Part shown: one piece after another, positions 49,901 to 59,000 of the stretch | Layout: each line of letters starts with the position of its first letter | Numbering within the stretch: position 1 is the first letter of the stretch | NCBI GenBank assembly: GCA_950097015.1 | Contig: CATNEN010000034.1 | Location: 7,068,001-7,132,000, forward strand | Length of the DNA: 64,000 nucleotides | From: Macrostomum hystrix | Taxonomy: Eukaryota > Animalia > Platyhelminthes | Reading direction: 5' to 3' | The notes under the pieces: model-generated | Databases searched by the model: none | The model's input: only the letters and a program-made list of their open reading frames with translations | What the model was told of the DNA's origin: nothing | Position numbers and translations under genes: made by a program

Positions 49901-52900
49901 TACACGCGCGGAAAAAAAGCGACAAAATTTGTTAGAAAACATTTCAAATGGAAATTATAATCACTGCATGTTGCTGGTCAAATTCTCAGAGACTGACCAA
50001 ACAAAAGCCTTACCATTGACGAGAACCGCTCTGGATAGGCCCAGACCGTCCGCTGTAGAACTGGACATGGACTCAACAACTCTGTGCTTGGCCTTCTTCA
50101 GTACTTTAATAATTTTTTTAATAATTTTTTAATTGCGAAATCGTTCCAGAATTTAACGGAACTAGCGAAGATAGGGAGGCGAGGCGATATAGAGACGGCA
50201 GGGGACAATTGAGTAGAGGAAGCAGTCTGCGGGAAAACCAAAGGACAGTGTAGGCTCGAGCTGAGAGTAAAGTAGATAGCAGAGTAAAGCAGGTCATAGT
50301 GTTGTAAAGTAGGTCATAGTGTTGTAAAGTAGGTCATAGTGTTGTAAAGTAGGTCATAGTGTTGTAAAGTAGGTCATAGTGTTGTAAAGTAGGTCATAGT
50401 GTTGTAAAGCAGGTCATAGTGTTGTAAAGCAGGTCATAGTGTTGTAAAGTAGGTCATAGTAGGTTAGAGAAGGTCATAGTAGGTTAGAGTAGGTCATAGT
50501 AGGTTAGAGAAGGTCATTGTAGGTTAGAGTAGGTCATTGTAGGTTAGAGAAGGTCATAGTAGGTTAGAGAAGGTCATAGTAGGTTAGAGTAGGTCATTGT
50601 AGGTTAGAGTAGGTCATAGTAGGTTAGAGTTGGTCATTGTAGGTTAGAGTTGGTCATTGTAGGTTAGAGTTGGTCATTGTAGGTTAGAGTAGGTCATTTT
50701 AAGTTAAAGTTGTGTGAGTAGGTCATTGTAAGTTAGAGCAGGTTAGAGTAGATCATGGAAGGGTGGAGTATGTCATAGCAGGGTAGAGTAGGTCATGGCA
50801 GGGTAGAGTAGGTCATAGCAGGGTAGAGTAGGTCATAGCAGGGTAGAGTAGGTCATAGCAGGGTAGAGTAGGTCATGGCAGGGTAGAGTAGGTCATAGCA
50901 GGGTAGAGTAGGTCATAGCAGGGTAGAGTAGGTCATGGCAGGGTAGAGTAGGTCATGGCAGGGTAGAGTAGGTCATGGCAGGGTAGAGTAGGTCATAGCA
51001 GGGTAGAGTAGGTCATAGCAGGGTAGAGTAGGTCATGGCAGGGTAGAGTAGGTCATGGCAGGGTAGAGTAGGTCATGGCAGGGTAGAGTAGGTCATAGCA
51101 GGGTAGAGTAGGTCATAGCAGGGGTGCCTGTAGCTCAGACGGGGTGAGTAAGAGCTAGAGAGCGGTTAATTCGTTTCCCTTTCGTGCCAAGGTCCCTGAG
51201 CTCGATTCCGCGGCGAGGCCACATTAATTTGGGGCGCAGTCGCGGAGAGAAGGTTTGGGGGCTTGCTGTGCAATTTACGTCTTTGGGGGCCAACCTCCAA
51301 GGCACAGTGAGAGTGTGCACTGCCAGACAACGAGAAAGTCAGGGCAGATGTACAAACCTGAGTGTGTGAAAGTGTGTGCCTGCGTACAGTATCTGTCTGT
51401 GTGTGTGCTCAGGAATCAGCGGAATGGGCAGAATTGCCTCCTCGATGGCTGCAGTCACCAAACGTTGAGTTGCAGTTGAGAGCTTGCTAGCAGAAAAAAG
51501 ATTATAATTGACAAAAAATACAATATAGAGGCATTGCATCAGACATTAGCTGAAAATAACAGATAAAAAAGGAAAAAGCATGTAAAGTGGCAGCATCAAA
51601 GTGAGCATTAATTATGCATTACAAAATTAACTGTAATAGAGCTTATAGCTGATTCACTAGCTAAGAAACAAAAAACTATTTTCTAATTTCAAATACTTTT
51701 TTCAAATACAGTCCACCGTGTGTGGACTGTAACCTCATGGTCTATAGACTGTAACCTCATGCTCTATAGACTGTAACCTCATGGTCTATAGACTGTAACC
51801 TCATGCTCTATAGACTGTAACCTCATGCTCTATAGACTGTAACCTCATGCTCTATAGACTGTAGCCTCATGCTCTATAGACTGTAGCCTCATGGTCTATA
51901 GACTGTAGCCTCATGGTCTATAGACTGTAACCTCATGGTCTATAGACTGTAACCTCATGGTCTATAGACTGTAACCTCATGGTCTATAGACTGTAGCCTC
52001 ATGGTCTATAGGCCGTAATCTCATGGTGTGTGGACAGTAATCTCATAGTGTGTGGACAGTAATCTCATGGTCTGTAGACGTCTGACGACGTGATCGATAG
52101 GCTATGACATGAAAACAATGAGTAATAAGTATAATAATTTTCACTTACTTATATCTAAGCTCTTGCCCTGCTTTGGATCGGCGTGCAAGCAGTTGTATCC
52201 GATGGTGACTGTGCCCTGTCAGATTAAAACAAACTTTTAAATTGCATTTGCTACCAACACAACTGCAACCTACCAACACAACTGCAATGTACTGCTAGCG
52301 GTTGCCCTCACCTTGAAGCTCTGGATGAGTCTGGCCACTTCCACTTTGCTCCTGGACTTGACGCTCTGACCATTGACGCTGACAATTTCATCGCCGCTCT
52401 TCAGCGTGCCCTCCTTGGCGGCTGGCGTGTTGTCGAAGATCTGCACGACATACAGGCAGGGGCAGTAGGGTGCACCGCCTCCTATGCTGATTCCGATGAG
52501 GTTCTGGGCGTCCTTCTCTAGTGTCACCACGCCTGAGGTGACCCGCATACCCCTGAATGAATATGTGTGAATGAAACTATTTTAATGGTCTGGTAAATGT
52601 GCTGATCTCAAATTATTATTAGGTAAATTAATTTTAAGAACTAGCAAAGATATATTAATCGCACTTACAAATGTTCTATCACGTTATTCAGTTAAATTTG
52701 TTAAACTATTAGCCAGAGAAAATATCAATGTTTCAATGTTTGTTATAGTGTGTCACTCTTGTTAGAATTAAAGTAAAGTAGCAATAATTACTGTGTTTTG
52801 CATCACCATGGGTTACCTCATGTCATGACGAACAGTGATGAGTTCTTTGGGATCAGTTGCATCATCACAAAATGTACTCAGAGGTAGATAGCCTTTATAA

Positions 52901-54157
52901 TCCTCAGATTTCTCCATTGGAGTTTATCTAAGCAATGAACACAATTATAAAGTAGTTTAAAAATGAAATTTACCTGCCTTTTATTGGCAATTTAAATTTT
53001 TTTTTCTAAAGTATTGTCTCATTAATATGTTAGGTAGTAAAAGTGACCTCTTGTCAATTTTTATAGCCCTTAGACCTTTTAATAGCTAAATTGAACTAAA
53101 CTAAAAGGCATCAATTCATTATAGAATTAATAATATATTTCTATAAATGTACAATGTGTCAAGATAATTTTTCTTGTTATTAATTTTGTATGCTTCTCAC
53201 TTTGAAAATATTTTTATTATAAATTAATGTTCCTTCAAAATGAATAATGTTTATTTTTTTACTAATTTGCAATAATATCATCTAACAAAGTTATAAGATT
53301 AATACAATCCAATTAGATAATTATTTGCTCATAATGTTATTTATATTACAAACCTCTAACTTTTTACATATTGTCATAAAATTTATAAAAATGTAAATAA
53401 TTAATCTTAGACAATGAAAAATAACTTATGCATGTTAATTTAAGTTTTCATTATTAGCAGCAAGTTTGCAGCATAGTGATAGAACAGCTAGCATTCTCCT
53501 TAGTCAATTAGAAAAATTAAATAGAAAATTCAACACCAAACATTATGGTTGTTAAGTTAGTTTTTGCAAGGTAGCAAGGTAGTTCAAAGCTACCAAAGTC
53601 TCTAATAAGACCAAATCCAAGGTTTAGCAAGTGTATACTAATAAGGGGCACAGTTTTGTATGGACATATTATGGCTTGTCAATAACCTGATCTATAGCAA
53701 GTCACATTAGGTAATATATAATATATAACAAGTCATCTTAGGTTATAGAAACCTACCCTATAGATTTGTGCATACATATATGTGTGCTCCAGAGTTATTT
53801 AAAATGGCATACAAATTAAGAATGTCTTATATAAAAATGGATCCTTTAAGGTCTTTTTACTCTTTGTTAGCATTGTTTACTTGTTTTATATAAACTTGCC
53901 TTTTTGTAGACAAAGATTTTTTGGCTTTTGGCTAACTTAATAGGAACATCAAATAAGCTAGCTATTATATGAAAAAAAATAATATTAAAATACCACTTTT
54001 TTCTGCAAATTTTGAAACAAGTAATATTTCTTTAAAGTCTAGTCTCCAGTAGTTTAAACACAAACAGTAAAAACGTGGTTTCGACTGTTAATCGTGGCAC
54101 AAAAATACCCACTTACATTTTATCTTCTTCAACTGGATATCCATAATCGTCATACAT
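40924..54157 (-). CDS. PICK1: PICK1 (PDZ + BAR + acidic tail), 443 aa; exons in transcript order 54157-54117, 52552-52312, 52215-52149, [50103-50014 or 49662-49573], 45855-45605, 44663-44571, 44486-44386, 43507-43413, 41276-40924
   Basis: Motifs: PDZ NLIGISIGGGAPYCPCLYVVQIFDNTPAA, linker HADPKQGKSLDIILKK.KH..VESMS..TAD.LGLSRA, BAR segments GVKEPQPRASEAF, DTRLTIKKYLDCKFEYLSYCLKVKEMDDEE and YRLILRCRQEARSRF. All introns are GT-AG, phases are consistent, and the total is 1332 nt. Confidence 0.97.
41295..41740. repeat. 20-nt minisatellite (TGGGTGAGACTCTGGTGAGA)n in the last PICK1 intron
   Basis: Period of 20; it ends about 18 nt from the acceptor. Confidence 0.93.
42107..43318. repeat. 35-nt minisatellite (GAGAACACTGGGATGGAATAGGGAAGATGGGATTT)n in the last PICK1 intron
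   Basis: Period of 35, about 34 copies. Confidence 0.95.
43598..44392. repeat. 22-nt minisatellite whose unit contains the PICK1 5' splice site (minus strand GTGAGACTGTTTATGAGTWCAG)
   Basis: Period of 22, about 36 copies. The terminal copy overlaps the exon end TATGAGTACAG|GTGAGA at 44386. Confidence 0.95.
44702..45410. repeat. 19-nt minisatellite (GACTGTGTCAGAGACATCT)n in a PICK1 intron
   Basis: Period of 19, about 37 copies. Confidence 0.95.
46045..46252. repeat. 26-nt minisatellite (GACTAGATCAGGTATGACCAAGATCT)n
   Basis: Period of 26, about 8 copies. Confidence 0.92.
46375..47035 (+). CDS. Secreted F-type (fucolectin/FTP domain) lectin, about 169 aa, nested antisense in a PICK1 intron; exons 46375-46608 and 46760-47035 (3' end may splice onward at 47004)
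   Basis: Signal-peptide-like ARSAGRHYLAWLLLLVAAASPA. F-type lectin motifs RAIDG, GSCSHT, WW, NRQDCCSDRL and LTLCEVE. Joining the exons gives H-X27-R-X-D-X4-R versus the canonical H-X26-R-X-D-X4-R. The join needs a GC-AG intron (GGG|gcaagt..gttgcag|ACC). No in-frame ATG is present. Confidence 0.8.
47358..47862. repeat. 33-nt minisatellite (CTGGCCGCCCGACCTGACGTCCTACATCAGACC)n
   Basis: Period of 33, about 15 copies. Confidence 0.94.
48278..49411. mobile_element. Non-autonomous Tc1/IS630-like element with about 417-bp TIRs (foldback-like deletion derivative), TA TSD
   Basis: 48278-48694 is a near-perfect reverse complement of 48975-49411. Ends read TA|CACCTTTTCCC...GGGAAAAGGTG|TA. TTCAATTTAGACA-like motifs are repeated inside the TIRs. 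Confidence 0.88.
48798..48975 (+). pseudogene. Truncated transposase N-terminal HTH remnant (RITNQDRARLLDAHNNGEDFLNLAALMNIKRTTAYS)
   Basis: The ATG-initiated ORF lies in the spacer between the TIRs and has an HTH-like pattern. It is cut exactly where the right TIR starts, and no DDE domain remains. Confidence 0.65.
49573..49662 (-). CDS. PICK1: PICK1 alternative exon 4B (ILKKVKHKVVESMSNDTADALGLSRAILCN)
   Basis: 90 nt, phase 1-1, acceptor ccattctcaatag and donor gtttgg. This copy is the closer match to human VLKKVKHRLVENMSSGTADALGLSRAILCN. Confidence 0.92.
50014..50103 (-). CDS. PICK1: PICK1 alternative exon 4A (ILKKAKHRVVESMSSSTADGLGLSRAVLVN)
   Basis: 90 nt, phase 1-1, strong donor gtaagg and an A-rich AAG acceptor. 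23 of 30 aa are identical to 4B, with many synonymous differences and no stops or indels. Confidence 0.85.
50285..51120. repeat. Compound 20-nt minisatellite with three successive variants sharing an AGGTCAT core
   Basis: Units change from AGGTCATAGTGTTGTAAAGT to AGGTCATAGTAGGTTAGAGT to AGGTCATAGCAGGGTAGAGT. Confidence 0.93.
51718..52075. repeat. 22-nt minisatellite (GACTGTAACCTCATGGTCTATA)n
   Basis: Period of 22. Unit junctions form the palindrome GTCTATAGAC. Confidence 0.92.
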
Positions 54158-56081
54158 TTTACTGCGGCTTTTTAAACTAAAATTCTTAAGAAAGTTCAAG
54201 TGCTAACAATGAAATTATAAAATTTTAAAAATAACTTTACAAGGTTAACCAATTTTACTGTCAAAATATAGCTGAAATTACACAGAAATTTCGAAATCTT
54301 TTTAGAACTGCTATTTAATACACACGTATAGCTGATAAAATTTGCCTGCAAGATGTACTATATGTGTTTACTTGTCAGGTAATTCCGAGTATTCCATCTT
54401 AGAAAATAATTATTTCAAGTTCTGTTGTTGTTTTGTCAGTAAAACAAAAACGCAGGTCTTTTGTTCTAAGAAAGGACGCAAACAATATGTTTGTTTTCAA
54501 GACTTATAGGATTCTGATAAAAATTAGGCATTAAAGAGTAACGTCTTTTGTGCCTGTTATTCGTCGGATTCGTTTTTAGGCATATATGCGTTGTTTGTAA
54601 CTGCCAGCAATGAGAAATTGCGCAAACTGTTAACAACCCAATTAGCATTTTGAGTTAGCATAATAAGGCACTTTAGTACGCATATTCGATTTAAGCTCCA
54701 AAGATACTGTCAATCCAGGAACTTCAGTAAGTTTTTTCAGATGAAATAGCTGAACTAGGCCCCTATTATTATATTTACTACGATCCACTAGACAAATGTT
54801 TAAACTAGAAGAACTGTCAAGAAACTTAATAGTCTACTCCTCCAACAACAAATTGGTTTTGAATACAAAATAGCTTCGTATAAATAATTCTTGCAGAGAA
54901 TAATTGCAAATAACTGCATAGAATTGAGTGCGCGAATATAGAATTCACCATATTTCTGACTGCACAAAGGTGTATTGAGTGAACAAAATTGCCCAATTGC
55001 CCAAATTGGTCAAATTGCTTACCCGAATGTTACCCGAATGTTACCCAAATCATAAGCACAAACAGCAATTCACGCGAAATTGTTAAATCCGCCGAGCAAA
55101 TGATTTTTTATGCAAACCTTGTGCTCAACAAATCGAGTTTGCTGTAGCCGCCAAGCCTTAATGAATTTGAATTTGGTGGCATTTATTTTTTATATATAAT
55201 ACGCTTTTATACGACAAAAGACAGGTTAAAAAACACAACTGAACGATCAAACAATGCTTTAATATAATGCTGTTGCAATATCCGGGCTGTTTGCAAATAT
55301 CTAAGCAGGGGCTAAGATTAATACATTTAAATATAATACGTACCATTCACGCGAGCGGCATACAGAACGATTGAAAATTTATATATAAATTACACATGGC
55401 CTATAAAACATTGCAAATGCTTGGTAACAGGCAAACAGCTGCCAGTTAGGGAACAAGTGCGAGAATTTGTGTTTATTTTAAAAGTATTTTCGCTTTTTTC
55501 AGTACTTTCAATAAGTACTTGGCAGACTCAAACTTTACAAATATGTATGTAACAAGAATGGCTATAAAAAACTGGGTGGATAGCTACAAAGTAGACAAGA
55601 GGAAAACACTTGGTTTCCAGTTTAGTTATTAAACAAACAATGCACGGATTTAAAAAAATGGGCAAACAGTCAGAGACGCTTCGAACAAACAACTGGAGTT
55701 GTCAATGGGCAGGTTAAAATAAACAAATGCACAGGTGGGCGGGTTTCTGGCTTGTGCTGGCATTATTAGGAATGAAAAACTCTGATTGGGTGCAAGCCAA
55801 TCGAATCGGACACTGGGATTTTTCGGTTAGAAGACAGACAATGCCATCGTTCAGGATTAAAACTTGAACAGAGCCTACGATAATGTGTAACTATGAAAAT
55901 TATTAAACTAGCAACTATGCTTAGATAAAGATTTGATTTACTCAATCCGATGCCCCAAATTTGTGTCTGGTGCCCCAAATTAGCAAACCAGATCTTCTAT
56001 TATTTTTCTACTCCACTGTTTTTGCATTACATTTTTATTTTCTAATTTATTTATTTTCCGCTACATATCGGCTTAACCAGT

Positions 56082-59000
56082 CTAGGCCAGATCGCCTACG
56101 CATTGGCCAATAATGAGGCCGGCCTCGCTGCCAGACAGGCAGATCTCGGCGAGGCTGTCCGCGTGGCCGGACACGAACAGTCGGGCCGGTTGAGCGTGCC
56201 GCAGCAGGTTGCGCAGAGCCAGTGCCGCTGTCAGGCGGATGTGCTTCGTCACGGGACCTTCGCGACCGACGCCGCCGCCTCCAGGGGAAGAAGCGTTTCC
56301 GACGCCGGAGACAACATCCCGAGACGCCAGCCGATGAATGGCGTGCCTGGCTGCGTCCTCCGGGAGGCGCAACATCGATCCTCCGGGATTGTCGGCTGCC
56401 GCGGCTGCGGATGACGGCGACAAAGCTACAGCTCGCCGACGTTGCAGTGAGGCTCGCAGGGCCCGCTCGGAGCAGTGCGACTCCTGCACGTGAGCTAGAA
56501 GTGAGTAGGCGCCTCGGGGTGACGGATCGCAGCCGCGCCAAAGGCAGCGGGCCGGTGCTGCAGTGCCGTCAGAGCATAGGTGGCGAGTATAAACATGGTG
56601 AAGCACTCGAGCCGGAGTGTCCGAACAGTGCCAGCATCCGTCCCATTCGCATAGGAGGCCGAGAGGGGGTTGCTGCGGTTGGTGCGGAGTTGAAGGGGGC
56701 CCAACTATACGGATCAGTTGTTGCTGCTGTGGCTGCGGCTGAGGCTGACCATGCGGCGGCGGCGGCGGTGTCTGCGGCAGCTCGTGACCGTTTGGTATAA
56801 TTGATACTGTAGCACCGTTCGGCAGCTGCTTTGGTACGGCCGGATGATGATGATGGTGATGATGATGTCCGTTGACCATGAGCTGCTGCTGTTGCTGAAT
56901 TTTTGCCTTGGCAGCCGCGTCACCTGGCCTGAGATGATTAAGAACCCGCTCGATCACAGCCTCGTGGCCAATTGTGGCCGCGGTATCGGAGTTTGCCGGA
57001 GCGGGAGCAGTTGTTGCTTCTATTGCCGCTGCTGAGTCGGCTCTGGTCGCTGTCTGAGGCTCAGCGGCGGTCATCAGGCGACCAGCAACGCCGCTGTCGG
57101 GGACAGCATTGCCGACAACGACACCAGCAGCAGCTGCCGAGGAAGAGTCGTCACTGGAAGACACTGACGAGCAGGAGTTCCGTCGACGTGGCTGTCGCGG
57201 CTGCTGTTGCTGTTGCTGCGATTCAGGCGTCTGTTTTGCTTTTCCGGCCAGCTTCTTTTTAGTAGGAGACGCCTCATCAAGCAGCTTTTTAGACTCGCCG
57301 CCATTGTCCAGAATGGTTGTTGGTACGGCTTGGGCCAATTGGGGAACAAGGCCGTTCAAAAATGGTTCGGCTGCGGCTGTGAAACCAAGCTCACTGCGGA
57401 TAGATATTATTGGTTATTGTTCAAGTAAAAATGGGCTATCATATAGACTAGTTAAAGAGCATTCTATAAATGGCTCCCAGTGTGGCCTCACCCGAGCAAA
57501 GCGCAGAAGTCTGGAAACGGAAGAAATTGCGCCCCGTTGAACTGGGCAGCGAATGCTCTGCCGCAGTCGGCGTGCAACAGTGGCAGCCGGTGAGGCCCAG
57601 GAACCACTCGGCGACTCCGCAGCCACCACAGGGTGTAATCGCGAAGGCTTGGTGGTTGCTGCTGCTGCTGATGATGATGATTTTGATGCTGAATATGATT
57701 GGAATGCGACATAGGAGTTAGCTGTTGCTGTTGCTGCTGAGAAGGAGGTCGGACTAAAGCAACCTGTGGTGGCGGTGGCGGAGGCGGCATGCCTCCGTCG
57801 ATTGAAATAGCCGATGCCGCTTGTGCTGCTGCTGTTGCTGCTGCAGTGGCGGCCGAAGCCGGAGCAGCGGAACTGCCGGATGCGCCGGGTCCCTGGAAGA
57901 TCTTGATGCCGACAATGCCGGCGCTGCCAACCTGGGAGGCTTCGAAGGTTAGCAGGGAGACGAGCACGCGCAGCAGCTCAGGCGACGGAGAACAGAGCCG
58001 TACAGAGCAGTCGCCGCCGACTGCGGACAGTCGGTGGGCGGCCTCCAATGCGGCCAGCATCAGCTGGAGATCTTTCAATAGTAGCCAAGCGGCGAGAGAG
58101 TCGGGTAGGTCGGCAGGCAGAAAGTCTGCGTCGGACTGCAGTTGCTGCCAGTTTTCTGACTGACCGGCCAGGCAGCAGATCAGCTCTAGGCCTGTATGGG
58201 CGGGTTGCAAACACATAATAAAATCTTCAACCGCCTACTTAGATTGGCACAAAAGTAGTGTTGCGCGAATAAAAAAACTAAATATAGTTATATAACTTGG
58301 GTAAACGGCTTGGGTAAATATGCGACTCAAAAAAGGTTAAGGTTACTCGTCATCTTATTTAATTATTTTAATAAAGGTTCACTTACCCCGCACAATCAAC
58401 TGCCGGTCCAGGACTAGACAGGCAGCGACTGAGCAGCAGCCGCAGTGCTCTGCTGAGCCTAGCTGAGTGAAGCACAACAGGCATGAAAGCCAGCGCGTCT
58501 AACGCCAGATGCTGCAGAACAGCGTGCCGGCTAGCTGAACACAGCAACAAGAGGCGCAGAGCTGGCGGCGACCGGGTCACAGCGATAGCGTTCGGCCGGT
58601 CCTCCATCACCAGATTGCGCAGCGCTGTTGCTATGAGGATAACCCGCTGGCCGGGTAGGTCGCGCAGTCCTAAATCAGGCGTCAGGTTCAGTAGGCGCCA
58701 GGCTGGATCGGGTTCCGGCATGACAATAGACGAGTCGGCGTCAGGGGCTTCGTGGGCGAGCCATTCGGGGTTGAGCATGTTACGCAACTCGCTGTCCCAC
58801 ACAGATTCGTACCAGAACTGGGGAGAACGAAGAGAAATAAGTCCTGTTCTTTGCATATCAGAATTTAATTCATTCTGCATCATTCTACTGTCGTAAGTAG
58901 AATGTTTTGCGCATTAAAAAAATCTATGAATCCAGAAAGAAATTAAATAAACTGATATAAACCACTTACCCTTAGCATGTTAACTTTATTTTGGCTAAAC

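Noticed and set aside
52830-52870. GTGATGA C-box-like motifs suggesting an intronic C/D snoRNA
   Set aside because: I found no suitably spaced D box with a terminal stem on the PICK1 strand.
54150-54170. Trans-splice acceptor (ccgcag|taaaATG) before the PICK1 start, implying an ARID2-PICK1 operon
   Set aside because: An AG near a start codon is common, and it cannot be told apart from a cis 5'-UTR intron without spliced-leader reads.
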